Shown here one piece after another: positions 11,601 to 23,429 of a DNA stretch of 64,000 bases. Made by a program: the position numbers and the translations under genes. The stretch's first letter is position 1, and each line of letters opens with the position of its first letter. Origin of the DNA: Flectonema sp. DT1601 (Eukaryota); assembly GCA_964019425.1 (NCBI GenBank), contig OZ025798.1:1178001-1242000 (forward strand). Reading direction: 5' to 3'. The notes under the pieces are model-generated. The model did no database searches. It had not been told where the DNA came from and was given only the letters and a program-made list of their open reading frames with translations.

Positions 11601-11773
11601 TACTTCGATACGTTGCTTCTCATGACTGTAGTCGAGTTGATGATAATTTAGAACTCAATTCTTTAATAAAATCTTGTGAAGCAGATGAAATAGTAATCAA
11701 TTCCCGTAAGGAAAGTATCTCATCGTTGGGACTCTCGACGTTTAAGGAAGCGTTTCCTGTACAGGAAAGGTAA
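8660..11773 (+). CDS. RPAP1: Large ARM-like protein, RPAP1/Rba50-like
   Basis: ~1037 aa from ATG 8660; MLRSRVSSQRSGALDRL and LALRLALD resemble RPAP1 C-domain motifs, followed by helical repeats. Confidence 0.6.
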   Translation: MEGNPKIIRGAGTSYQTSSSQSVRPPAVPKNMPTTPSLVASPILKEMVILKGPSSPPPMPAAVNVGFPEARHRSEKRYGKSKVSSGIQHVDPLSQMKDFNEGRVPQHVPVADPLPDNVLHTGMIKEGSLIAASAVMLRSRVSSQRSGALDRLLDMKDVDVELADSDETCAAQFILALRLALDSPGISLQSDVIKLIERLTDRRNELEWQHLLESISEEGFVTPVQSWMSEKTLFGVGHCQFVQSADPTAPMPTSNPWEAIESIHELASVAKCEITDCFARTQYGGRLLYLLTNPTDCVPWVPAAILRILCNLSVSRTAAEALSAIPDLMETLLKIAVPELTKTDVLQLSEQAILVLLNLSRANIEIPQILKELGAFRKAQAIIINTAEYCTRHDIHNDSNSPLMRNLNASMKLLRVGILTQQCSRHCVPGLFGSISVLVRSYLPDAIRLVEAHASVYGFNEITDGKQMVGLLDFALNDCVDLFIEVKKRELTKENIVFLSSVVNILRLGIVCVPLAVSGIQQISEIIGAVTEANIPKMNSTNVVFTFESNPKSRVNAVRWPNTCDETTAKELSICYYVTCLFKFSKMCFSLQSPVVKAAITPLIENLLRIDTSLLVSDDNLSTQAQDHAILPKSDSRIHSSITRSSVALLVEIELMKKTFSDAKELNIPLLFNLTLFMQPCDFETFSSILSIIVDSECYPTLHKYFTGTFKKLHQERDGLYQRYNPGRLEPQLEWPFVITADVPEISIEGRMLTVSTEHGINKETVEEWGKWLSTLVESNTFLKYVDWRELVLRCISCFATASEESSVLQDVVAPFLSFAIKNRHVDKTKTQSEKITWELRMQESPYQILKRILNSYEADYSGNPLYSAACLLFLDNSFPKEFPTAVMQLATTPQLCHTLGTSLAVGKSLYLGCIKNYLGNNEPSSEEVYQAGQILAARGLNPVNVIHFRCLHQLTSYVFEDDNSLSFTADDVLRLLPGDVLRYVASHDCSRVDDNLELNSLIKSCEADEIVINSRKESISSLGLSTFKEAFPVQER

Positions 11774-11983
11774 TTCTGTTTATTTTATTTAGTCGGCTTC
11801 GTGTTAAAGCTGTCAATCATATTACTGACCTGTTTAAAGGATTTTTTGATTATTGAAATCCTGAAGTCAATTGTAATATTATCTTATCCTCCCAACAGAG
11901 TTTGTATGGAAGTGAATTGAAGATTTTGTGTGTTCTGGTAGTGTTTTTGTTTTCTCTTAGCAGTAGGGTGGGTAGTCACAACA

Positions 11984-12459
11984 ATGAAGGATCAGGCTGA
12001 TCTCCTGCAAGCCTTCGAAACTCACTTCTTAGGATCTCTTACACTAAAGATTGGTGACTTTATGGCATCTGAAGGTACACAAATAGATTTGATTTCACTC
12101 GAAGAGGTTTGTTTCGATTTTTGATCAGATCTTCACAATCCTTCCTCCTCTCAAGGGGAAAACAGCAACCTACTGCAATACAGGAACAACCTCTCCAAAA
12201 TCAGCAAATATTTATGGCGTACCAGGAAATGATTGAAAAAGAAATGTGTTCGTTTGCTGCGCAAAAAGGAATCGAAGAAGAAAAGATAATAAATCTCTGT
12301 AAGCCATCAGAATGTGATGGAGAATACTGTGAATTAGCTTGTATTGAATACGTGTTAGCTATGACAGAATACTCTTCATTCATGCAACTAGTAGCTGATC
12401 ACAGATCATGTCAACAATGGGAGTACGGAGAAGAATTAGAAGGCAACGATGAGGAATAG
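11984..12459 (+). CDS. BART (ARL2-binding/CFAP36-like) domain protein, exons 11984-12106 and 12184-12459
   Basis: Splicing the GT-AG intron 12107-12183 gives MKDQADLLQAFETHF...ISLEE|EQPLQNQQIFMAYQEMIEKEM...VLAMTEYSSFMQLV, a BART-type pattern. Confidence 0.75.
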
Positions 12460-12743
12460 CTTAACAGCAGGCCTTCTTATAATGTGATAACAGATTTTGT
12501 GGAAATTGTTGTATTTTTTTAATATTTTTTTATTGGTTGGTTTTTTTTTTTTTTTTTTTTACCTATATTTGCTCTCACTCAGGGATATAAAGAAATGAAG
12601 AAATTGATTGGCTTTCAATCGTCTAAAAAAACCTTTACTTGCTTGTTCAGTCGATTCAGAAAATTTCAATCCTTTTCAGGTATGAAGAATGTAGATTGAA
12701 TATAAATTGAAAAAAAAAACAACAAAAAAAAAGAATCTAAGAA

Positions 12744-14696
12744 ATGGAACAGCAAGAAGTTCGAGCTCCTGTCACAGGAGCGATGTCGTTGGTGACAACT
12801 TTTTATTTTATTATATCATCTAGTACCAATATTGTACTGAACACATGGAAGATTGAAATCCAAGGAATAACTGACGGGATAATAACACTACTATTATGCG
12901 CTAACATGGCACAAGAGATATACAACACGGGGATAAGAGAAGATGTTGGTAGGAAATTAATTTTATTTTTAGAGTCATTTCCGTTTGATTTTATCGCCTA
13001 CTTTATCTTTGGTGGAGTAGGACATAAGATCTTTTACCCAATTAGATGTGCAAGGCTTGCTGATGCCTATAGGATATTGACAGCTGATTGTAAAGACACT
13101 CAAAATATATCTCGAAATCTTGTTATTGTTTGTTTTAAGATAATTCCGATATTCGCAACTGTTTTTTGGATGTTAGTAATGATTCACATTATAACTATTC
13201 TTAGAATAGCAACAATAGACGACAGCAACGCTCACTACATAGATGCAACATATCAAGTACTGTACACAGTAACAGCTGTTGGGTACGGTGATATGGAACT
13301 CGAATATTCATCCACTGCTAACAGAATCTTCGCATCAGCAACATGTTTAGTATCTGTCGTCGTCAATGCTTATATTGTTGGATATGTCGTGGCTCAACTT
13401 TCATCTCTGGATGTTAACGAAGAACAAGAACAGAAATTAATGGAAACACTAGCAGTCCTTGAGTATTTTAATATCCCAAAATCACTCTCTCAAGAAGTCT
13501 TGTCATTCCAAGCCTATAATTTAAAAACAAAAATCGGAGGAAGTTCATCCGCCGTCAACGGTCTCCCTTCAGTAATGCAAAGAGAAATCAGCCTTTATTC
13601 AAGGGTAAAACTTATTTGTTCTGTTCCTCTATTTTCTGATGAACCGTTAGAGTGTCAGGAGAAGTTGGCTGAATTGCTGTACACGGTTTCATTCGCACCA
13701 AATGAAATAATTATAACGGCACAAGAAGTTGGTCAAGAAATGTATTTTTTATGCCACGGCTTTGTTGGTGTTTCCCTAGCAGATGGAACCTACGTAAGTA
13801 CATTGCGACCAGGAAATACTTTTGGTGAACTCGCATTGCTGATGGCGATGCCACGGTCTGCAACAGTAAAGAGTTTGACTTACGCGGAGTGTTTTATGTT
13901 AAAATACGCTGATTTTGCGGTTATTGAAAACGAATTTTGTGGTTTTCGGAAAAAGATGATCGAAGAGGGAAAACACATTATAAAAATGTTCAACCACGAA
14001 ACTGATAACCTCACGGAGGTCGGTAATCGCAGCGCCAAATACCGTCCTAATCTAACTGTTTCTATTCATGATGAATTGTTTTCAACAGCTGAGGCTAGAA
14101 AGTCTGTAACTGATTTGCTCAGCACGATGAATATTTCTCGACAGCAATCAGTGACTGAAAGACCTTCTGCATCAAAGAAGTTGTTCAAACTACGAGACAA
14201 AATAGCTGACGCCCTCGCAGTAGATGATGATCGCAGTAACATCATCACTCCTGATCCTCCGGATGTATTGCTGACATCGACAATGAAGAATGTGAAAATA
14301 TGCAGACCGAGAGTTTCTGTTGGGAATGTGAGTTGTTCGACTACTTCTTCAGGTACTTCAGATATAAAATTCTCTGGAAGAGCTCATCCGTTCGGAGATA
14401 TAATGAAAAGAGATACGGAAGAGGAAGAACCTCTCCGAAATAGACTAGCTGTTCGAACATCAGATTTTCATTTAGAAATCGACTACACTCCTCTTGTTGA
14501 ATCTGCCAACAGGTTATTATTACAAGTAAAGTCAATCGATCTTCGAATCTTAAAACTATCCAATTGCACACCTGAAATGCCTTCAGTTGCTGGTAATCGA
14601 CGTGAACGCTTAAAATCAAATAGCAATGCACTTGCGGCACTCAACCTCAACCTTGGCAGTATTGATAGACCGAAGAAAAAGACTTTCTTCTCATAA
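12744..14696 (+). CDS. Cyclic-nucleotide-regulated K+ channel (KCNH/HCN/CNG superfamily)
   Basis: TM segments; pore TVTAVGYGD; C-linker; cNMP domain EMYF...FGELALL..PRSATV. Confidence 0.9.
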   Translation: MEQQEVRAPVTGAMSLVTTFYFIISSSTNIVLNTWKIEIQGITDGIITLLLCANMAQEIYNTGIREDVGRKLILFLESFPFDFIAYFIFGGVGHKIFYPIRCARLADAYRILTADCKDTQNISRNLVIVCFKIIPIFATVFWMLVMIHIITILRIATIDDSNAHYIDATYQVLYTVTAVGYGDMELEYSSTANRIFASATCLVSVVVNAYIVGYVVAQLSSLDVNEEQEQKLMETLAVLEYFNIPKSLSQEVLSFQAYNLKTKIGGSSSAVNGLPSVMQREISLYSRVKLICSVPLFSDEPLECQEKLAELLYTVSFAPNEIIITAQEVGQEMYFLCHGFVGVSLADGTYVSTLRPGNTFGELALLMAMPRSATVKSLTYAECFMLKYADFAVIENEFCGFRKKMIEEGKHIIKMFNHETDNLTEVGNRSAKYRPNLTVSIHDELFSTAEARKSVTDLLSTMNISRQQSVTERPSASKKLFKLRDKIADALAVDDDRSNIITPDPPDVLLTSTMKNVKICRPRVSVGNVSCSTTSSGTSDIKFSGRAHPFGDIMKRDTEEEEPLRNRLAVRTSDFHLEIDYTPLVESANRLLLQVKSIDLRILKLSNCTPEMPSVAGNRRERLKSNSNALAALNLNLGSIDRPKKKTFFS

Positions 14697-14903
14697 GTTT
14701 GATAGAATTTAAAGTTTTGAATTGCCAGCTTGCATCTGACGGCGGCTTTACCAAGCACGCGTTAGTCAGTCGAAAAAGTTTTTAGTTTTTATCGTAGGCA
14801 GTTTTCTTTGATTTTATTCGTTTCAACAGAAAAAAATGTCTTCAGTTGTGACCAACCTTTTAATTCATCTACACTTTATATTATTTTATCAACAGAACCT
14901 AAA

Positions 14904-17219
14904 ATGAAAATGTTTGGCCCGGCAGTTGCCTCCTTCAAAGGAGTGCCCTTCCCAGGTTATTTTGACTCAGATGACTTGGACGACATTCCACCAGGTGAGG
15001 AGTTTACAATTGACCCTGCGACTTATCCAGCTGTTGGACGATACGTTCCAGATCCTAAAGATCCAAAAGCAAAAGCAAAACTGTTAATGAATAGACGAAA
15101 GGATGGGACACATGCTAAGATGCCAACTCCTGCAATGCAAAAGAAGTTTGTAAAAGATACACCAATTCATTCATTACCTGCAGCGAGGTTTGGTAGTCAT
15201 GGAACTTCAAGTGGTAGAAAGAGTCTTCCAGGAATACAGATGGGAGGAAGTAATGGATTCCCACCTTTGGCTCCAGCTGAGATGGAAAAGAGATCCGAAG
15301 ATGATGAGGAAGGTTTCACTGATACTACAGACAATACAGAAGATAGTGGTGTCATTAGAAAAGGTTATACTTTATCTCATATCATACAAGGACCATTCTC
15401 TCAAGAAGTCCCATATGGAACTCTCTTGTTTCCTATCTACTATCAACCTCCTCGTCCTAAGGAAGCAGGTGAGACAGCTGAACAAATGAACACCCGAATC
15501 CACCCTCCCTTCATTCCTCAAACACGGGAATTGTACGTGAATGAACACAACGGTAAGAAAGCACTCTTATACAAAATAGGACCGGGTGCTGTCGCATTTA
15601 AAGTCGTATTAAATACTTTTAACAACGCGGGAATGCGACACACGGCTGGAAACAATTGGAACTTGTTGTGGGCAAAGCGTGTTGATGCAACAGAGTGGGG
15701 TGGAATGGGATACTATTCGAGAGTTAATCACTTTCCAGGGACTTGGGGAATTGGTAGAAAAGATCAGCTTCACAAGAACGTAACCAGATTTAGAAAAATG
15801 TACGGCGAGGCCTTCAATTTTACTCCACAAACTTGGCTTCTTCCTCAGGACACAAAACTACTCTCTGCTGACATGAGTTCCAACCCTGGTATCACTTACA
15901 TATTGAAACCATGTGCTTCTGCTTGTGGACGTGGTATTCGTTTAATCACTAAAATCCCTCAAAATAAAATCCGGTCTTCAGTTGTCCAGAGATACATCCC
16001 AAACCCTTACTTAGTACGTGAAAGAAAGTTTGACATGCGTCTGTACGTCGCTGTGACGGGTTTTGACCCACTGAGAATTTACATTTTTGATGAGGGGCTT
16101 TGCAGGTTTACTGCAGAGAAATACCCAGGACCGACGTCGAACTTGGCATCGTCGTACGCGCATCTCACCAATTATTCAATTAGTAAAACTGCTGCACTTC
16201 AAAATGAAGAGAAGACAGCTGATGGATGTGAAGGAGGTCCTAAAGACATCAAATGGATGTTATCAGACCTAAAGGGATGGTTTTATGCAAAGGGTGAAGG
16301 TGGTAAACAGGAATGGGATAAAATAATACATCAAGTAAAAGATGTCGTTATCAAAACATTTATTACCGTTGAAACTGATGTTTGCAATGCTGCTGCGAAG
16401 GTTTGCAAATTCCCCAACGGACATGGTTGTTTTGAGTTGTTTGGTTTTGATCTGATGATCGTATGTTTAAATTTCCTTTTTATTGTAATATTTTTGTAAT
16501 GGAAGTGTTCGCAGCAACTCAACTCAACATCAAACAGGATTCTAATTGTAAAGTATATGTCCTTGAATGTAATATAATGCCTAGTCTTGCGACAGGCAAT
16601 ACCATGGACAAGGCAGTGAAGAACAGACTTCTTGCACACCTCTTAACTCTTGTCGGGGCTGCCCCCTTCGACAGAGAAGAGGTTACAAAAGAAGAGCAAA
16701 TGCGCACCTACCACCAGAGCTCGAGAGAAATAAGTATGGACATTACTGTTTTTGTTTTGTTATTTAACGTTATGTTGTCAACTTTGTACGAAATAATTAA
16801 AAACAGACCGTACCTGCACCTTCGTGAACGGCAAATACCCAACTGGAAGAAAGAGAGGTGAGAGTAAAGCATTCTTTGACTCACTGACTGATCACGACAG
16901 GAGGTTAATTGTTGAGACAGAAACAGAATTGTATCGCTCGGGAGGATTTACGAGAGTATTCCCAACAGCTGAGACTTGGGAGAATTACAGTAGATACTTT
17001 GACGTCAATCGCTACAGAAATGAAATTCTCGCAAGATGGGAAGCTGAAAAAGATGGTGAGAGAGCTCGTCGATTCCATGAAACAGGTGAGCGGTGGTATG
17101 TTTCGTTTTAGTAATTCAATCTTTCTGTATGAAGTCAATTAAATTAAAACAACACAATTCAAAACAGGTCTGAAGAGAAGTCGTGGGATGTTCCAGTTTC
17201 GATGTCCTTCGAATGTTAG
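14904..17219 (+). CDS. TTLL4: Tubulin polyglutamylase TTLL4-like, exons 14904-16460, 16538-16733, 16807-17095, 17168-17219
   Basis: NHFPGTWGIGRKD, YILKP..SACGRGI, VQRYI.NP, KFDMRLYV, HLTNYS, FELFGFDLMI|DSNCKVYVLECNIMPSL. Three GT-AG introns join the ORF-track fragments in frame. Confidence 0.85.
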
Positions 17220-18077
17220 GAAATGAGCACTGTTTCTTACCTGCCACCAACCAATCAACCTACTCATAGCAAGTAACGGTCTTACAGAAATTGTTGTCAA
17301 AAATAAAAATTAAACGAATGTTATGTTGTATATAGACCCGGGAAGAGAGGGGAAGAAGAAAAAAAAAAGAACAAAGCGAGGATCTGTTATGTGACCGATA
17401 CGCTCAGTCATTCTTGTTCTGTTTTTCCTTCGCACTAAAAAGAAAGAACAAAAAAAAAAAACGAAGTTTACTCTCTGTGGGCAACTCATTGTGAAGTCTG
17501 GTTATTAGTACCTATTCATTTGTTTATTTTTGGTATTATTGCTGCGGCTCGCAATGACAACTTGCTCTCCCTTGAGACTCTTCTTCTTGTACGAATTGAA
17601 CAAAAAAAACCTGCTGCTTGCACAATATCATTATTTCTATTTGTGATAAAGAAACTGCACTATTTCTATTGTGCTGTTTCTCTTTATTTTTTTTATTTTT
17701 TCCTTTCCTTTTTTTTTCTTTATTTTTTTATTTTTTTGTTAATTACTTTCATAGATTATCAGAGGAGGGGAGGGAGCAACAAAGATACAAAGAAACAAAA
17801 AATAACAAAAAAGAAAAGTAACAAAAAGTATGGATACATTTTTTAAGACGAAAAAATGATGTGTTTTCTGAAGTTAAATTATTATGAATTGTTGTGGTGG
17901 AGGTAGTTCTTTTTAAATTTCTTCAGTAAGTGTATTATAAATTATCTTATATAAATTAATCCCCCCTTGCCCAAAAAAAAAAGAGAATTGCAGCGGGAAC
18001 TTGAATGGAGTTTTCCCTCCCCTTTTTATTATTTTTTCTTCTTTTTATTTACTTATTTCAATTATTCTGATAGATGA

Positions 18078-18110
<33 letters not shown>

Positions 18111-18454
18111 TCATTTCTTTTTTTATCTTAAACAAAAGGCTGAAGGATTCTTTTCGTGAAAAAAACTTACTCAAAAAAAAAAAGTCTTCTGCTTCGTGTT
18201 TTAATACAGCAGCGGGTAGAAGAGATATTTTAGGTACGTGTCTCCCCCCCCCATCTCCTCGCTGTTCACCTTAATCAGTTTTTTATTGACTTCTTTGTGT
18301 TTATGTTGAATAACGGATTAATTGTTTTTGTGTCTTGTGACTGAAATGTCATTTGTTAACATAAAAAAGATCCTTCAAAATGGAAAGTAGAGTTTGAGTT
18401 GATAATTTCTGAACGTAACTTGTGATCATCAGTTGCACTTTAAAACAGAAATCG

Positions 18455-18931
18455 ATGAGAAACATGGAAGATGGGGATATTGAGGAAGCCTTATCTAACA
18501 TTAGAGTCTTAGAAGGCAGATTGCATGAAGTGACGCTACTTGAACGAACTAAAGGACTCGACTTAGACATCGATTCCAGTGAAGCGCAATTACTTCAAAA
18601 ACACGGCTACAACACTAATAAAGATTTAGATGGCGTCAGTGAAGAATCACTTCAGAATATTGGACTACCACTTCCATGCGCGAGAAGGATTATTCACAAC
18701 TTACAAGTTGGAAGGGAAGTCGCTGCACCAAATGCACCTCCGATTAGTTCTGTTGTTAACAATATAGCGAAAGCTGTTGTTAGATTGGCAGATGAGAATG
18801 TTGAATTAAAACAATCAGTTTCAACACTAAAAGATGAACTTCAAGAGAATCAATTAACATTCGAAAAGAATAGACTCGAATGGCAGAACGAAGTTCAGAA
18901 ACTTAAAAACAGAATTGAAAAGATCAGCTAA
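18455..18931 (+). CDS. SAM-like domain plus coiled-coil protein
   Basis: LLQKHGYNTNKDLDGVSEESLQNIGLPLPCARRII is SAM-like; C-terminal heptad pattern. Confidence 0.65.
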   Translation: MRNMEDGDIEEALSNIRVLEGRLHEVTLLERTKGLDLDIDSSEAQLLQKHGYNTNKDLDGVSEESLQNIGLPLPCARRIIHNLQVGREVAAPNAPPISSVVNNIAKAVVRLADENVELKQSVSTLKDELQENQLTFEKNRLEWQNEVQKLKNRIEKIS

Positions 18932-19164
18932 AGATCCCTCTTTATAATCACATCGATGATTACTCCGTTTTGTTATGGTGTCCGATGTTTGTATCTCTTC
19001 GTGTCACTTCATAGAATTTGTTTGTTTATGGTCGTAGTGTATTTGATAATTGTTTATATTATTTTCACCTACAGAGACTTCTGTTTATCATTGTTGATGA
19101 GCTGTTACTTTCAAGTTGACTTTTAATTAGATTTTTACTTCTCAAAAGGGGGGTGGAGTTCAAG

Positions 19165-21393
19165 ATGGAAGCAGACCCTGAGATAAGATTCCCTAAACTG
19201 CTGGAGGTAACAGTTGTGTCCGCCTCTGGACTAATAGCTGCGGATGCAAATGGAAAGTCAGATCCATATGTCGTTGTTGACTTTAAAAGGCTGACAAAAC
19301 CTCTTACACATAGGAAATCATTCTCAACAAAATCGATTGTTAGCAAGGAGAAGTCTACTGATAGCTTAGTGATCGCACAGGCGGGGAAGCTTCCATCGAC
19401 GAGGGTAAAACAAAAGACTCTCGAACCAAAGTGGAATGAGATGCTCCCCCTTCGAATTACCCCAAGCTCTAAGGGTATTCTAACCTTCACAATGTTCGAC
19501 AAGGACGTCTTGGGATCTGATGATTTCTTAGGGTATGCTGAAATACCACTTCCAACTGATGAGTTCTCAAATATTGTAATGCAGCCATTGCGAAGAGAGT
19601 TGAAATTGGGACCGCGTGACAATCACGCTGACCAAGAAGTTTATTATCAAAATAAATGTAACCTCGGAGTGCTTATGGTACAGGTACGTGGTGTTGGTAG
19701 CAGCAGGTATTGGAATGCTATTCAAACAACAACACACGATATCATCCCAACACATATTACTGTTACTGTTATTGAAGGAGATGATATTAAAGGTAACGGT
19801 GGAACAGCCCCTTCCGTTGACGTTAAAATCAGCGGAGGTGCTGACTGCAAACATAGCGGAAAGCCTGGTCGCGATGTCAACGGCACTATCTCTTGGGGTG
19901 ATAATTTCAAAGTACCAATTGATTCTCCATCAGAAGAAATCAAAGTAGAATTAACAGTTCTCAGACGCAAAGAATTCTGTGGCTATGCCGTGCTTCCCAT
20001 AACGAAGTCACTAATCCGTCGTGCAGTCGGTGAACGGCAACGAAAATCGATGGCTCTCACAGCTCGTCCTGACAACACGGAAGATCTTGCGTTACTTCAT
20101 AGAAGAAGAGGTAAACTCGGTATCATTACTTGTGCGTTCCGAGTGGCCTGCAAACAAAGGTTGAAACCTGAACCTGAACCGCTACCCGAACCGGAAGCAG
20201 AACCGGAACCTGAGCCATTGCCCGAACCCGAACCCGAACTAGAAACAGAACCTGAACCACTGCTATTAAACGACGTACCAAATGAACCGCACGTAGAGGA
20301 ACCTGAAATGAACGCGAGTAGAAATAGCGAAGTGCCCCCGGCTCTGTTAGCTGTTGAGTTTGCGGACGACAGAATAAGGTCGGATGGCGTTGCTCCTCAA
20401 CCTCCAGCTCCACCGCCACCACCACCACCAAAGGCAGTAACTCCTCAGTCGATTCCAGAGTCACCAGTTGCTTCTGTATCATCACGGAAGTCAGCTTCAC
20501 GACAATTAGACGCCGTGCAAAATCAGCAATCCCAACCTCCATCTCTTCCTTTTCGAGAGGTAACAACCGTTGGCACTCCGACCTCGCAGGCTTCCTCTTC
20601 GATAGCATCCCTTCCGCGGTCAAGAGTCAGCAGCCAATTTAGGAATTCGGCAAAACCTCGGACTGTACCATCGGCAGTTTCTATCAAATCCACAACCTGG
20701 TTGGCACCTGACGATGAAGAAATATCAAAGAAGATGTGGGAAGTGATGACCAAAACACCACCTGAGAGGAGGAGTTCTGCTAGAGACGATTACAGCAGGA
20801 ATACTCCAATGATGGCTTCAGTTGTTGGAAGTAATATAAGTGTTGGAAGGTCATCTGGTAGAAGAGTTCCACCTCAAGACAGAGAAAGGATGAGGAATAG
20901 AGCATCTTCTTCTGTTTTTATTGCTGAGGAAATAATCACAATAAGAGACCCTGTGGACTCAACTACTCCAAGTGTGCGAAGTGAAAGTAATTCAAAGCAG
21001 AATTACCAGCCCAAGAAAACCACGACACCCACAACAGGCGGTGGTATTGATGCAGCAATTGCAACGGAAATGGCTGGTCTGGCGAAGGCATTGAAAGCAC
21101 AGCAAGAAGTTCAAAAGCAGATGATAAGTCTCAGTGTTGCTGCTTCTCCTCCGAGACACAGAACGCTTCACGTTGATCCTAATACTGGATTGTATTATAC
21201 TTTTGATCCTTTATCTGGGAATTCTGAGTGGTTGGAAGGACACTCACCAGGTTCTCCGAATTCAGAACATTCTGCTTCTGTTGCGAAGATGTCTTCTTGT
21301 AGTTCTCCTTCCTCTTCATCATCAACGTACGCAAATAGCAACTCGCCTACTTTGAAACGAGGTGATCCGATTTCGTTGTCATACTTGTTATGA
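19165..21393 (+). CDS. Tandem C2-domain protein with PE/Pro-rich linker and C-terminal WW/OCRE-like motif
   Basis: LEVTVVSASGLIAADANGKSDPYV, TLEPKWNE, FDKDVLGSDDFLG; second degenerate C2; DPNTGLYYTFDPLSGNSEW. Confidence 0.85.
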   Translation: MEADPEIRFPKLLEVTVVSASGLIAADANGKSDPYVVVDFKRLTKPLTHRKSFSTKSIVSKEKSTDSLVIAQAGKLPSTRVKQKTLEPKWNEMLPLRITPSSKGILTFTMFDKDVLGSDDFLGYAEIPLPTDEFSNIVMQPLRRELKLGPRDNHADQEVYYQNKCNLGVLMVQVRGVGSSRYWNAIQTTTHDIIPTHITVTVIEGDDIKGNGGTAPSVDVKISGGADCKHSGKPGRDVNGTISWGDNFKVPIDSPSEEIKVELTVLRRKEFCGYAVLPITKSLIRRAVGERQRKSMALTARPDNTEDLALLHRRRGKLGIITCAFRVACKQRLKPEPEPLPEPEAEPEPEPLPEPEPELETEPEPLLLNDVPNEPHVEEPEMNASRNSEVPPALLAVEFADDRIRSDGVAPQPPAPPPPPPPKAVTPQSIPESPVASVSSRKSASRQLDAVQNQQSQPPSLPFREVTTVGTPTSQASSSIASLPRSRVSSQFRNSAKPRTVPSAVSIKSTTWLAPDDEEISKKMWEVMTKTPPERRSSARDDYSRNTPMMASVVGSNISVGRSSGRRVPPQDRERMRNRASSSVFIAEEIITIRDPVDSTTPSVRSESNSKQNYQPKKTTTPTTGGGIDAAIATEMAGLAKALKAQQEVQKQMISLSVAASPPRHRTLHVDPNTGLYYTFDPLSGNSEWLEGHSPGSPNSEHSASVAKMSSCSSPSSSSSTYANSNSPTLKRGDPISLSYLL
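20167..20260 (+). repeat. Coding (Pro-Glu)n repeat (CCNGAA-type hexamers)
   Basis: Encodes PEPEPLPEPEAEPEPEPLPEPEPELETEPEP. Confidence 0.8.
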
Positions 21394-22097
21394 TTGCTTA
21401 CTACAGCTGTTGAACATCTTTTTATTTCTATTTTGATTTATGAAATAGTCTTTTAATTAATTCTTTTTTACCGCCGCGCTGTGTTAGCCTTACTCTGAGA
21501 AATACTTCAGGTAGTTCAAGTTTCCGATAAATATGTTACGGAGGAACATAAACCTGTTGTCGTTATGATTAGTGGCTTGTGTATTTATATTTATTAAGGC
21601 TTTTTTTTTTTCATTCCTCATTTCTCAGCAAGGCTCACACGGCCGAGGAATTCACATTATGCTCTTATCGATTTGTAAGAGTCCGATCGCTTTAAGTTTT
21701 ATGTGAAGTGGGTGTTTTTTAATTTTTTTTATTATTGTAATCTGAAAATTTAGTTCTGTCTGTATCTCGATTAGTTTAGTTTGTTTATATTTTTTTTTTT
21801 TTTATTGATATGTTTAAGGTTAGTCTTCATTACCGCTTTTAATATAAACAATTGAAAAAAATTATCCATTGGTCGGGAAATCAACTTCTGGATTTATTTT
21901 ACTGGTGTACTTCCTTATTAGCGTTTTTTTAACAACACCAAAAAAAAAAAAAAAAAAAAAAAAAAAGACTTGCAAAATGTGTTATTTTTTGTTTTTTTTG
22001 AATTTATTTATTTAATTTTGTCTCGACATAAAAGTTTATTATTGTTTTCTTACATTCATCAAAACTATCATTCCCCTTTCAGTAATAAGTATAACTA

Positions 22098-23429
22098 ATG
22101 CAGAGGCCGTTGAACTTCGTGGAACTTTATCACCACTTCTGTGGAGGTGATGGAATACCAGAACAATGGCCAATTGATGTTGTTGGAATAATAATGTCAT
22201 TCATGACAGAGAGTGAGAGAGAACAACTAAGACAAAGAGGACTATTCCTTCCTGCGACTAGACTTACGTGTAATACTATCTGTGGATGTCATATGGGTTG
22301 TTCTCACCCAGGAAGATGGAGATACGATCACATTGCTCTACTGTACGCATATGAGAATGTTAACAGAGAGCTTAAACGACTAACTTGGCGTTTTAGTCCA
22401 CCACTTGTAGTAAATGGTAAAGGTTATGTTGAAGCAGTCAGTATTCAGGGAAGTGGTGAAACATATTTAGAATGTGGTGGAAATATCTTCTGGTCTTGTG
22501 TTGGGAACTCGAGTCATTATGTTGATTTATTTGTTAGTAGAGGATTTGATGTTGTCGTGTCTGGAAATATTGAAAAGTGTTGTCGTAAAATAGATCTCTC
22601 AGGACTGTACTCAGACCTACTCGATTCTAAGAAGGCGAATAGTTATTGTATTCCTTTCTCATTTGGTGGGATTGGATCTGAATGGCCACCAGTATTGGTA
22701 TTCGAAAAGGGAACGTTAAAGAGAAAGTGTTTATCATGTGCAGTTAAAGATCAAGGTTCTTATTTATCATCTTCACACCATTGGTCATGTTCATTTAAAC
22801 AGCGATTGGCTGAAGCGAAAGACCTGATTATCAATGGTATCTCTATTCCGGAACTTGAGCTGCAGGATCAGAGAAAACGAATTGTAATCAGATCGGCAGG
22901 TAGTACTAAACCTTTATCTTATTTAAACCAAGATGCTGACTTAATAGCATGTGTGATTCAATGGAGGGCCATTGGTTTCTTGAAAGAATTCCGTCAATAC
23001 GTTGATATGCAAAAGCGTGATTCTGGCTGTCCAGTCTACTTCTTTACGACAATAATAAAGACGTTAGAGAAACAGCTAATTCGAGATATCGATGCAGAAG
23101 ATAATAGAGAGTTGATAGAAGCGACTCTTTCATTGTTGTTGCCATCTTCGATGAATTCGAATGTTGTTAAGTTGACTGCTGGTTGTATTAGCAGAAGAGA
23201 AACAGCAGATGATATATCAATCGCTATTGAGTCTATTCTTACTTCTATACCAACACCTCTCCGTATCGAATTTCAAGATCACGTTCATCTCCGACTATCA
23301 GAATCGCTTCCGTGTGTCTGGTGTTCACATCTCAGTTCTGTTGGTGTCGATGAGCAACGTTGTATCTCAACCCATTTAGATTCAAAAAAAAAAAAAAAAA
23401 GAATAGAAATAACCTTTGCTTCTGTGTGA
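22098..23429 (+). CDS. Hypothetical Cys-rich protein (weak F-box-like N-terminal segment)
   Basis: 443-aa ORF after a pyrimidine tract plus AG at 22081-22082; WPIDVVGIIMSF. The C-terminus crosses an A-run, so the end may be affected by homopolymer error. Confidence 0.65.
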   Translation: MQRPLNFVELYHHFCGGDGIPEQWPIDVVGIIMSFMTESEREQLRQRGLFLPATRLTCNTICGCHMGCSHPGRWRYDHIALLYAYENVNRELKRLTWRFSPPLVVNGKGYVEAVSIQGSGETYLECGGNIFWSCVGNSSHYVDLFVSRGFDVVVSGNIEKCCRKIDLSGLYSDLLDSKKANSYCIPFSFGGIGSEWPPVLVFEKGTLKRKCLSCAVKDQGSYLSSSHHWSCSFKQRLAEAKDLIINGISIPELELQDQRKRIVIRSAGSTKPLSYLNQDADLIACVIQWRAIGFLKEFRQYVDMQKRDSGCPVYFFTTIIKTLEKQLIRDIDAEDNRELIEATLSLLLPSSMNSNVVKLTAGCISRRETADDISIAIESILTSIPTPLRIEFQDHVHLRLSESLPCVWCSHLSSVGVDEQRCISTHLDSKKKKKRIEITFASV